Source: Sandaracinaceae bacterium
Lineage (GTDB): Bacteria; Myxococcota_A; Polyangia; Polyangiales; Sandaracinaceae
Direction: 5' to 3'
Assembly: GCA_044376125.1 (NCBI GenBank)
Contig: JBILLJ010000019.1
Span: forward strand, 15,621 to 79,620
Length of the DNA stretch: 64,000 bases
Under the pieces are notes generated by a model. It did not search any database and was not told where the DNA came from. It saw only the letters and a list, made by a program, of their open reading frames with translations. Made by a program: the position numbers and the translations under genes. Numbering within the stretch: the stretch's first letter is position 1; every line of letters begins with the position of its first letter. Below are positions 37,270 through 45,743 of the stretch, piece by piece.

Positions 37270-38232
37270 ATGAGCGCGGAGGGCCGCGCCTCGGCGTCGA
37301 GCCACGACGGCGGTCGCACGCTCGCGGCCCTCGCGATCGGCGCGCTCGCGATCGGCTTCGCGGCTCCGTTCTTCCGCGCCGCCGAGCCGATCGATCCGCT
37401 GCTCGCCTCCGCCGTGAGGCTCGCGCTCGCCGCCGTGCTCCTCTCGCCGTCGCTGCCGCGCGCGCGCGCGAGCGGCAAGCTCTCGGCGCGTACGCTCCGC
37501 TGGGCCGCGATCGCGGGCGTGCTCTACGCGATCCACTTCGGCACGTGGGTGGCTTCGCTCGGGATGACGAGCGTCGCGGCCTCGGTGACGCTCGTCACCG
37601 CGACACCGCTCCTGCTCGCGGTGATCGGCTGGCTCGCGGGCCGCGACGCGCCCACGACGCGGCTCTGGCTCGGCCTCGCGCTCGCGGGCGTGGGCACGCT
37701 GCTCATCGGCGGTGCGGACGCGAGCGGCCCGCGAGAGGGCGCGCTCACCGGCGACGTGCTGGCCCTCGTCGGTGCCGTCGCGATGGCGGGCATCCTCCTC
37801 CTCGTGCGCCGCGAGAAGGCGCTCCTCGAGGCCGTGTCGTTCTCGTCGGTCGCGGCGCTCTCGGGCGCGCTCGTGCTCGCGCTCGTGCTCGTGCTGCGCG
37901 GCGCGGTCACGAGCGACTGGCCTGCCGCGCCGAGCGCGACGTCGCTCGCGTGGGTCGCGGCGACCGCCGTGATCTCGCAGCTGGTCGGTCACACCGCCCT
38001 CACGTGGGCGCTCTCGCACGCGAGCCCCACGATGGTCGCGCTCGCGACGACGACCGAGCCCGTGATCGCCGCGCTCGTGACCTTCGTGTGGATGGGCGAG
38101 CTGCCCGCCTCGCTCGTGATCGCGGGCTCCGTCGTCACGCTCGCCGGCGTCGTGCTCGGCATGAGCGGATCGCAGCACACCGACGTGCCCGCTGAATCGC
38201 CTACCAAACAGGGCGATCCCGAGCCTCTCTGA
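37270..38232 (+). CDS. EamA/DMT-superfamily transporter
   Basis: About 10 TM helices in two EamA-like halves. ATG at 37270. Confidence 0.85.
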   Translation: MSAEGRASASSHDGGRTLAALAIGALAIGFAAPFFRAAEPIDPLLASAVRLALAAVLLSPSLPRARASGKLSARTLRWAAIAGVLYAIHFGTWVASLGMTSVAASVTLVTATPLLLAVIGWLAGRDAPTTRLWLGLALAGVGTLLIGGADASGPREGALTGDVLALVGAVAMAGILLLVRREKALLEAVSFSSVAALSGALVLALVLVLRGAVTSDWPAAPSATSLAWVAATAVISQLVGHTALTWALSHASPTMVALATTTEPVIAALVTFVWMGELPASLVIAGSVVTLAGVVLGMSGSQHTDVPAESPTKQGDPEPL

Positions 38233-38238
38233 GCGCCG

Positions 38239-38823
38239 TCACTCGCTCGGGCCCGTGTCCCAGAGCTCCGCGAGCGCGATCTCGTGCGCGTCGAAGGGCT
38301 CGGCGCGCATCGCCTCGGCGTCGGCCCACACACCGATCTCCACCCAGCGGCCACGCTCGTTGCGGCTCGCGATCACGGTGCGTGCATCGACGTCCACGAT
38401 CCACATCCAGCGCACGCCCGCCTCGGCGTAGAGCGGCCGCTTCACGCGCTGATCGTGACGTCGCGTCGAGGGCGAGAGGATCTCGCAGACCCAGTCCGGG
38501 ACCACCGTGATGGAGCCCTCGCTCGGCAGCGTCGGCATGCGGGCCCGTTGCCAGCCTGCGAGGTCGGGCACGATCTCCTCGACGTCGTACGCGGGCATCG
38601 AGATTCCGGGCTCGGTCAGGATCCACCAGCCACCCGGCCCGCCGGCGCGTCCGCGCTGGAACGGACCGTTGAGCTCCGCGCCGAGCACGCCACCCGCTGC
38701 CTGATGTCGGGCGCGCGGGCGTGGCATCGCATAGAGCACGCCCCGGATCAGCTCGCCGACGACGTTGGACGGCAGGGCCTCGAGGTCAGCCCAGGACGCT
38801 CGGCGCTGCGCCGGATCAGCCAT
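38239..38823 (-). CDS. Uma2-family (DUF820) endonuclease-fold protein
   Basis: VPDWVCEILSPSTRRHDQRVKRPLYAEAGVRWMWIVD matches the PD-(D/E)xK Uma2 signature. Confidence 0.8.
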   Translation of the reverse strand: MADPAQRRASWADLEALPSNVVGELIRGVLYAMPRPRARHQAAGGVLGAELNGPFQRGRAGGPGGWWILTEPGISMPAYDVEEIVPDLAGWQRARMPTLPSEGSITVVPDWVCEILSPSTRRHDQRVKRPLYAEAGVRWMWIVDVDARTVIASRNERGRWVEIGVWADAEAMRAEPFDAHEIALAELWDTGPSE

Positions 38824-38962
38824 CGCCCGAGGATGACACAACGGAGCGCGCGAAGGTCGCGAGCCGCTGCCCTCACGGGCTCGGCGACGCTCGCGCACAT
38901 CGCGCAGCCCGTGCCGTTCGTCGATCGTGCGGCCGCGGCGCACGCAACGTCCTCGTGAATCG

Positions 38963-40978
38963 TCAGCCTCGACCGAGGCTCGCGGCGATGGCGCGCGCGC
39001 CGCGGTGTGCGATCGCTTCGATCGTGACCATCGGGTTCACGCCGCTCGGCGTCGGGAAGCAGCTCGCGTCGAGCACGTAGAGGCCGGGCACGCCGTGCAC
39101 CTGGTTCGTCTCGTCGCACACCGAGCGCTTGGGATCGCTGCCCATCGCGGCCGTGCCGCTCGGGTGGAACGAGCCGTACGTCGTCTGGTTCGCGCCGTAG
39201 CCGTGCGAGTCCACGCGCGACAGGAACCCTGCGAGGGGCTCGCCTCCGCCGGGGCGCCACACGATCGGGCGCGACGTGGCGGTGCGGATCTCGGCCGCGC
39301 CCGCGAACGCGAGCGCGCGCGCCGCGTGCTCGATGCCTCGGCGCACGTGCCGCACGTCGGCCGCCTCGAGCGCGTAGTGGTACGTGGTGGGCGCCCAGCG
39401 CGAGGTGCGCACGTGCCCGCGCGATCGATCGCGCAGGAGCACCGCGAGCGGCACCCAGTGGCGCGCACGCCGCAGCGTCTCCTTGAAGTCGTAGGCGCCG
39501 CCCCAGCCGCCGAGCACCGCGATCTCGGCCGGATGCACCGACGCCGACTCGATGCGCACGCCGTAGCCGCGGCCGTCGAGGTCCGCGAGATCGCGGCCGA
39601 TGCGCGCCTGCATCACGCCGCCCCACGGCTCGGCGTCCTCGTCGGGGAAGTAGCCCCACACACCCGTCACCGGGTGCAGGCGCAGGTTCTGTCCGAGCGC
39701 GGGCGAGCGCACGCCGCTCTGCGCGAGCAGCACTGGCGTGTACGGCGCACCGCACGCGACCACCACCGCCTTCGCGAACACCGTGAGCGGCACCTGCTTG
39801 CCCTCGTGGCTGACCTGCCCGCGCACCGCGACCGCGCGGCCATTCTCGAGGATCACGCGCTCCACGTCGCACTCGGCCACGAGGCGCGCGCCGCACACCG
39901 TCGCGTCCTCGAGCCACGTGCGCATCGTCGACTGCTTGGCGCCGAGGCGACAGCCGAAGTTGCAGTAGCCGCACGAGAGGTCCTCCGCACAGCCGCGCAC
40001 GTTGCGCGGCAAGACGCCCACGTCCCAGCCCAGGCCGCCCTCCGCGCCGCACGCCTCGATCACACGGTCGCGCTTGCCCGGCCGCGACGCGCGCGAGGTC
40101 ACGCCGATGCGCTCGGAGACCGCGTCGAGCGAGCTCGCGAAGTCGCGGCCCGAGAACACGTTGCGAAAGCCCGCCTCGCGATCCCACTCCGCGCGCACCG
40201 CGTCCGGCGTGCGGAGCGACGTCGCGTAGTTCACGACCGTGCCGCCTCCGACGCAGCGCCCGCTCAGCACGCTCACCCCGAGATCGAGCGTCGCGCGCAC
40301 GTCGTAGAGATCGCGATCGGCCTCGTCCTGGTAGTGCGTGAAGTCGCGCTCGCTCTTGTACGGGCCGCGCTCGAGCACCACCACGTCGAGGCCCGCCTTC
40401 GCGAGCACGCCCGCCGCCACACCGCCGCCCGCGCCCGAGCCGACGATCACGACGTCACACGTCCACGTCGCCGGCTTGCTCACGCGCAAGGGGTGCAGGC
40501 GCCGCGGCGTCTCGGGCGGCGCACCGAGCGGGCCCGGGTAGCCCATCGCCTCCCACACCGGCGAGGCCTTCACGCGCCCCTGCGCGTCGCGCAGCGGATG
40601 CGCCACGAGCACACCCACGAGCGTGCGGATCAAGCGCGCGTGCTGGCGTGCGATCGCGCGATCGGAGCCGAGCATCTCGAGCAGCGTGCGCTCGAGCTCG
40701 AGGTCCGAGAGAGACGTGAGCGCGACGGCTCGGCCGAGGAGCACGAGCCCACCCGCGCGCGAGCCCGAGAGCCGAAGCATCGCCTTGAGCGCGAGCCGAT
40801 CGGCGTCGCTCGCGAGCCGCGCGACGAGCGCGTCCAGGCGCGGGCCCATGTCGAGGTCGCGCGGACCGAGCGCCGCGAGCGCGTCGCCGCCCGGCATGGG
40901 CGCGAACATCACCTCCGCCAGGCGCAGGAAGATCCGCTTCTCTTCGGCGTCGAGGCCGATGCCGCTCGCGCTGCTCAC
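38963..40978 (-). CDS. GMC-family FAD-dependent oxidoreductase (long-chain alcohol oxidase-like architecture)
   Basis: DVVIVGSGAGGGVAAGVLA Rossmann motif, GGGTVVNY, C-terminal GMC block HPSGTAAMG...VLDASCFPT. Start ambiguous: GTG at 40978 (AAGGAG 3 nt upstream) or GTG at 41056 inside the 16-bp repeat array. Confidence 0.85.
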   Translation of the reverse strand: MSSASGIGLDAEEKRIFLRLAEVMFAPMPGGDALAALGPRDLDMGPRLDALVARLASDADRLALKAMLRLSGSRAGGLVLLGRAVALTSLSDLELERTLLEMLGSDRAIARQHARLIRTLVGVLVAHPLRDAQGRVKASPVWEAMGYPGPLGAPPETPRRLHPLRVSKPATWTCDVVIVGSGAGGGVAAGVLAKAGLDVVVLERGPYKSERDFTHYQDEADRDLYDVRATLDLGVSVLSGRCVGGGTVVNYATSLRTPDAVRAEWDREAGFRNVFSGRDFASSLDAVSERIGVTSRASRPGKRDRVIEACGAEGGLGWDVGVLPRNVRGCAEDLSCGYCNFGCRLGAKQSTMRTWLEDATVCGARLVAECDVERVILENGRAVAVRGQVSHEGKQVPLTVFAKAVVVACGAPYTPVLLAQSGVRSPALGQNLRLHPVTGVWGYFPDEDAEPWGGVMQARIGRDLADLDGRGYGVRIESASVHPAEIAVLGGWGGAYDFKETLRRARHWVPLAVLLRDRSRGHVRTSRWAPTTYHYALEAADVRHVRRGIEHAARALAFAGAAEIRTATSRPIVWRPGGGEPLAGFLSRVDSHGYGANQTTYGSFHPSGTAAMGSDPKRSVCDETNQVHGVPGLYVLDASCFPTPSGVNPMVTIEAIAHRGARAIAASLGRG

Positions 40979-41006
40979 GTGCTCCTTCGTCTCGCCATCG
41001 CTCGAG

Positions 41007-41132
41007 TCGCGGATCGCCCTCTCACGGATCGCCCTGTCACGGATCGCCCGTGTCACGGATCGCCCGTGTCACGGATCGCCCGTGTCATGGATCGCCCGTG
41101 TCATGGATCGCCCGTGTCATGGATCGATGGTG
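41007..41132. repeat. 8-unit tandem array of a 15/16-bp unit (tcRYggatcgccc[t/g]Ng)
   Basis: Units counted at 41007, 41022, 41037, 41053, 41069, 41085, 41101 and 41117. The last unit contains the acylase C-terminus and stop (acc atc gat cca tga on the minus strand). Confidence 0.9.
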
Positions 41133-43747
41133 AAGGTCTCGGCGGCTCCGTCCTCGACCTCGCGCCGCTCGAAGCGGAGGCGACGGTAGCGGTGCTCGAC
41201 CCAGTCCTCGTGGAGGTTCTCGTAGAACGGATCGCCCGGCACACCGGAGACGCCGCGCGGCATCTGGAAGTAGGCCTCGGGTGTTCCGTCGTCGCGGAAG
41301 CGCGCGACCATGCGGTACACGGCGCCACCACCGACGTCGATGCGCTCGTACGGCGTCTCGCCGTCGAAGAAGCGCGAGCTCGCCACGTTCACGGTGCCGT
41401 CGCCGCCGTCGGTCGGGAGCCAGTCGTCGTCGAACGCCGGTCCGTACACCGAGCGGAAGCGGGCGCCGTGGAAGTCGGCCCAGGTGTAGCGCGACGTCTC
41501 CGTGCCGCCGAAGCGCGCCATGAGCCAGTGCGCGGTCTCCTCGAGCGCGCCCGCCGTCGTCTCCGAGCGCGTGCCGTCCCAGAACACGTCGCTCTGGGGG
41601 ATCGCGTCGCGCACGCAGAGCGACGTGAGCTTGAGCAGGTACATCGGCTCCGCTTCGAGGATCGGATCGAAGAGCGCGGAGAAGTCGTCGGCCAGGAGGT
41701 GCCGCGTGAGGAAGTAGACGTACGCGTGGAAGATCACGGCCTCGGGCGAGGTGCGCTCCATGCGGTGATCCCAGCCGCGCAGCGCCTCGACGAGCGCGTC
41801 GAGGTCCGGTCTGTCGCGGTAGCTCACGAGCGCCGCGTCCGTCGCGCGGCCGTCCCACACCGAGAGCAGCCCCGGCAGCACGTCGTCCGCGAGGAGCGAT
41901 CGCGTGTCGTCCTGCAACACCTGCATCTCCTCGAGGGTCACGTCGCCGCGCGCCGTGAGCCGCTCGAGCTCGGCCTCGATGCGCGCCGCGCGCGTGCCCG
42001 GATCGAAGAACATGCCGAAGTAGAACGGACCGTTCGTGTAGTCGCCGTCGTCGTTGAAGCCGTAGGGCTCGTTGTTCGCGGTCACGAGCCAGCCGCGCGT
42101 GCCTCCGCGGCTGTGGGGAAGCTGCATCGGCGTGAGCACGTCACCCGACCAGAACGACCGCGGGTCGTCGCCGTCGAGGATCGTCCACGGCGTGCGCTCC
42201 GCCGTGATCGGCCCGCTGCGCACCGGCACTGCGGGCGGCGAGCGATAGAGGATCCCCGTCGCGTCGGCGGCCACGAAGTTGAACGTGCCGATCTCCATGA
42301 AGCGCATCGCCGCTTCGTACTCGTCGAGATCGGTCGCGAGGTCGTAGCCCGCGAAGCCCTGCGCCTCGCGCGTCGGCGCGAAGCCGATCCAGTCGAAGAG
42401 AATGCGCTGACCGACACGCGTGATCGGAAGGGGCGCGAGATCGCTCGGGAGGATCACGCCGTGGCCCGGCACCGTCTCGATCTCCACCTCCACGGGCGCG
42501 CCACCGCGCACCAGGATCGTCTCGGTGCGCGTGACGATCGGCACGTCCTCGCCAGCGAGCGAGACCGAGTCCGCGTCGCCGCTCACGGCCCACATGTCCA
42601 TCACGTCGGGGTACGTCGTGGTGGCGGTCCACGCGACGTGGCGGTTGTGCCCGAGCTGGATGGCTGGGCTTCCGAGGAAGCTCCAGCCGATCACGTCGAG
42701 GCCGTCTTCCGCGCGTGCGCTGTGCATGTGGTGGAGCCAGAAGATGTTCGGGCTCGAGAAGCCCTGGTGCGGATCGCCCGCGATCATCGGGCGTCCGTCG
42801 ACGGTGTGGCGCCCGTCCACCGCCCAGTTGTTGCTCGCGCCGCGCGAGCCCCCGAGGCCGGGCACGTCCGCGAAGCGCGCGAAGAAGTCGCGCATGCGCT
42901 CGGCGGCGTCGGGCGGCAGCTCGCGCGGCGCGCGACGCGCCTCGGAGAGATCGCTGGGCACCTGGGGCCGCTCGCGCGCGGTGAGCGCCATCGGCCGCTC
43001 CTCGGGCGGGATCGTGTGCGCGTCGCGCAGCGGCAGAAAGAGCGGCACCGCCGCATAGAGCTCCTCGAAGTACTGCGAGAGGATGCTCGTGAGGATGTCG
43101 TACTCGATCTGGCTCGCGTTGCCGAAGAGCAGCAGCTTGGCCACCGCGAGCGCTTGATCGACGGTCCAGTCCTCGGGCACGAAGTCGAGCTCGTCCGCGC
43201 GGAAGCCGGCGGGCCGCGGCACCTCGCCGCTGCGGATCTCGGCGAGGTAGCGGTTCACGCCCGCGGCCCACGCCTCGAGGAGCACGTACTGATCGGGCGC
43301 CTCGCGCGCGAGGCTCGACGCGTTCACCGCGCCCCAGTGGCCGATCTGGAGGATCCGCATGAGCGTGTCGTCGTCGACCGAGCCCTCGCCGAGCACCTCC
43401 GCGCGCGTGCCGAGCGCACGGCGGCGCATGAGCTCCATCTGCACGAGGCGGTCGTGCGCCTGCAGGTAGCCGGACGCGAAGAAGACGTCGCCCGAGCTCT
43501 CTCCGTAGAGGTGCGGCACGCCATCGGCGTCGCGGATCACCTCGACGGCCGCGGTCGGTCCCTCGAAGCGCGGGCGACACGTCGGAGGTGTCACCTCCGC
43601 CTCGCACGGATCGCCAGCGTCGCCCTCGAAGCCACCATCGCTCGCGCTCGGCGCATCGAGGCCCGCGTCGGGCGAAGGGCTCGGATCGGAGCAGCCAGCG
43701 AGCGAGGCGAGCGCGAGCACGGCGAACGAACGCGCAGATCGAGACAT
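41117..43747 (-). CDS. penicillin/AHL acylase family (Ntn hydrolase) lipoprotein
   Basis: Start trimmed to MSRSARSFAVLALASLAGC (lipobox). GASNNWAV Ser-nucleophile site. YLQAHDRLVQMEL block. Confidence 0.9.
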   Translation of the reverse strand: MSRSARSFAVLALASLAGCSDPSPSPDAGLDAPSASDGGFEGDAGDPCEAEVTPPTCRPRFEGPTAAVEVIRDADGVPHLYGESSGDVFFASGYLQAHDRLVQMELMRRRALGTRAEVLGEGSVDDDTLMRILQIGHWGAVNASSLAREAPDQYVLLEAWAAGVNRYLAEIRSGEVPRPAGFRADELDFVPEDWTVDQALAVAKLLLFGNASQIEYDILTSILSQYFEELYAAVPLFLPLRDAHTIPPEERPMALTARERPQVPSDLSEARRAPRELPPDAAERMRDFFARFADVPGLGGSRGASNNWAVDGRHTVDGRPMIAGDPHQGFSSPNIFWLHHMHSARAEDGLDVIGWSFLGSPAIQLGHNRHVAWTATTTYPDVMDMWAVSGDADSVSLAGEDVPIVTRTETILVRGGAPVEVEIETVPGHGVILPSDLAPLPITRVGQRILFDWIGFAPTREAQGFAGYDLATDLDEYEAAMRFMEIGTFNFVAADATGILYRSPPAVPVRSGPITAERTPWTILDGDDPRSFWSGDVLTPMQLPHSRGGTRGWLVTANNEPYGFNDDGDYTNGPFYFGMFFDPGTRAARIEAELERLTARGDVTLEEMQVLQDDTRSLLADDVLPGLLSVWDGRATDAALVSYRDRPDLDALVEALRGWDHRMERTSPEAVIFHAYVYFLTRHLLADDFSALFDPILEAEPMYLLKLTSLCVRDAIPQSDVFWDGTRSETTAGALEETAHWLMARFGGTETSRYTWADFHGARFRSVYGPAFDDDWLPTDGGDGTVNVASSRFFDGETPYERIDVGGGAVYRMVARFRDDGTPEAYFQMPRGVSGVPGDPFYENLHEDWVEHRYRRLRFERREVEDGAAETFTIDP

Positions 43748-44052
43748 GGCGGACCTCCGAGGGGCGGGGGGCCGAGCGTCGCCAACAGCGAGGTGTCCGC
43801 GCAAGGCCGTGTGTGGGGGCAGCCCGTCACGACCAGGCACGGGCCGGGGATCGAGCTCCCGGTCCGCGGTCCTTGATAAGGTGTGCGGGCGATGGATCCG
43901 CATCGCGCGGGGCAGGCTCGACGTGGAGATCGCGAGCACGGCCCTGATCGAGGCGCGCGACACGGACGGGAACGGGCGTGCAGAGCTCGTGCTCGATGGG
44001 CTCCAGCGACGTCGCGTGAGCGTGCTGCGCACCCTCGCTCGCTGAGAGCTCC

Positions 44053-44229
44053 GGGCCCGCGTAAGGACAACCGGATCGGTTGCGGCCGCGTGGGGCGCGC
44101 TCGCGGCTTTCGTCCTCGGTCCTCACTGCGGCGTACCCTTGGTACGCCTCGCTCCGGGCCTGCGGGCGCGCCCGCGATCGCACTCCGTCGACGCGACCTC
44201 ACTCGGATCAGTTGTCCTTACGCGGGCCC
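44053..44229. repeat. 177-bp element bounded by 19-bp perfect inverted repeats (gggcccgcgtaaggacaac / gttgtccttacgcgggccc) with a central 8-bp hairpin
   Basis: Arms are exact reverse complements. Central ggcgtacc-ctt-ggtacgcc at 44130-44148. Lies in a 589-bp non-coding gap. Confidence 0.7.
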
Positions 44230-44336
44230 TCACGTCGTGCGAACGCGAGCGGCGCGACCTCGATTCGGCGCGACCTCGGCTCGGCGCGCCCCTCGATTCG
44301 GATCATCGGGCGCGAGGGAGGGCTCCGGGCACTCCC

Positions 44337-45107
44337 TCAGGACGCTGCGCGGCCGAAGCCCGCCTCGCGCTCGATGGTCTCGAGGGTGGCGTCGGTCACG
44401 CCGTAGCGTGCGAGCGGTCCGCGCAGATCGTCGGGGATCGGCGCGACGACCTCCACGCGGCGCTCGGGGTCTTGCCAGTGGGGGATCGAGAGGGCGAGCG
44501 CGTGCAGCGCGAGGCGATGGAGCGCGCCGTGCGCGCGCAGCGCCTTGTTCTCCTTGTTGTCGCCGTAGCTCGTGTCGCCGAGGATCGGGCAGTGCACGTG
44601 CCGCATGTGCCGCCGGATCTGGTGATAGCGCCCGGTCCTGGGCTCGCACACCACGAGGCCGTAGCGCGGCGAGCCCGTGCGCACGTCGTCCGCGATCGCG
44701 ACCGTGCGGTACGCGGTGACCGCCTCGAGGCGCTCTTCGCTGTCTTCGCTCCGGGGCACCGGGTGGTCGATCACGCCCTCGCGCGGATCGGGCGCACCGC
44801 GCACCCACGCGAGGTAGGTCTTCCTCGCCCGGCCCTCCATGAACGCGCGCGCGAGCGCGCTCGCCGCCTCCTCGTTCAGCGCGAACACGAGCGCCCCGCT
44901 CGTCGCGCGATCGAGCCGATGCGAGGGCCACACCCACGTGCCGAGCTGCCGGTTCAAGCGCCTGAGCACGTTGTCGTCCGAGCGATCGAGCCCCTTGTGC
45001 ACCGCAATGCCCGAGGGCTTGTCGACGACCGCCATGCCCTCGTCCTGGTAGAGGATGCGCAGTGTCTGCGTGGCGCTGGGGTCGTCGGTTCCGGACTCAC
45101 CGTTCAT
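44337..45107 (-). CDS. RluA-family pseudouridine synthase (TruC-like, no S4 domain)
   Basis: HRLDRATSGALVFA catalytic Asp motif. TGRYHQIRRH. Start trimmed to MNGESGT. Confidence 0.85.
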   Translation of the reverse strand: MNGESGTDDPSATQTLRILYQDEGMAVVDKPSGIAVHKGLDRSDDNVLRRLNRQLGTWVWPSHRLDRATSGALVFALNEEAASALARAFMEGRARKTYLAWVRGAPDPREGVIDHPVPRSEDSEERLEAVTAYRTVAIADDVRTGSPRYGLVVCEPRTGRYHQIRRHMRHVHCPILGDTSYGDNKENKALRAHGALHRLALHALALSIPHWQDPERRVEVVAPIPDDLRGPLARYGVTDATLETIEREAGFGRAAS

Positions 45108-45312
45108 GGGGTGCTCTCGAGCGACTCGGCGGAGACCCTGGACCACACGTCGGCCGCCCTCTCACGGCGCCTCTGCGCCCGCGTCGTTCGCGCGGGCCTC
45201 GGACGTTTTTTTCGGAGCCGTGTCGAACGGCGGGGGGCTCGGGGCTCGTGTCGTCGAAGCCCGCGCACGTCGCGTCGCTTTCATCCATCCTCGCACGACC
45301 GGAGAACGATCC

Positions 45313-45678
45313 ATGCAATACATCCTCCTCCTCAACGAGTCCCCCGCCGAGCTCGCGAAGCGGCAGAGCCCCGAGCACGCCCAGACCTACTGGGGTGGCT
45401 GGAACGCGTTCATCGGCGCCATGGCGCAGGCCGGCATCGTGGTGAAGGGCGACGGGCTGGAGGGCCCGGTGCTCGCCACGACGCTCCGCGTGCGCGACGG
45501 CAAGCGGGTCGTGCAGGACGGGCCATTCGCCGACACGAAGGAGGCCCTCGGAGGCTACTTCGTCATCGAGGTCCCCGATCTCGACGCGGCCCTCGCGTGG
45601 GCGGCCAAGGCGCCTTGCGTGCACGATGGCTCGGTCGAGGTTCGGCCGGTGCTCCCCATGCCACCCCCGCCGCGCTGA
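45313..45678 (+). CDS. YciI-family (DGPF domain) protein
   Basis: MQYILLL..., DGPFADTKEALGGYFVIEV motif. 121 aa. Confidence 0.85.
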   Translation: MQYILLLNESPAELAKRQSPEHAQTYWGGWNAFIGAMAQAGIVVKGDGLEGPVLATTLRVRDGKRVVQDGPFADTKEALGGYFVIEVPDLDAALAWAAKAPCVHDGSVEVRPVLPMPPPPR

Positions 45679-45743
45679 GCCCACCCACGCGCGCGACGCG
45701 AGCACACGCTCCGAGCTCGACGCGTGTGCTCGACGAGACGCGA

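Noticed and set aside
41007-41132. CRISPR array interpretation of the tandem arrays (also 7948-8013 and 31184-31251)
   Set aside because: The units are contiguous with no unique spacers. Unit lengths of 7-23 bp are far below CRISPR repeat size, and there are no cas genes in the window.
38927-43876. 1649-aa ORF on the plus strand, the longest in the track
   Set aside because: It is extremely Arg/Ala/His/Glu/Val-rich with no motif content. It lies exactly antisense to two well-supported genes (GMC oxidoreductase and Ntn acylase). This is a typical high-GC shadow ORF.
43900-44045. Short protein-like stretch (..LIEARDTDGNGRAELVLDGLQ..) resembling an FG-GAP/VCBS repeat
   Set aside because: Only about 45 codons look coding and there is no credible start or N-terminal part. 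It is possibly a gene remnant, but this is too weak to annotate.
44053-44229. 6S RNA or retron msr/msd identity for the inverted-repeat element
   Set aside because: Apart from the terminal stem and the apical hairpin, the two arms do not pair into the extended 6S-type rod when I align them by hand. No reverse transcriptase gene lies on either side, as a retron would require. It is kept only as an unassigned element.
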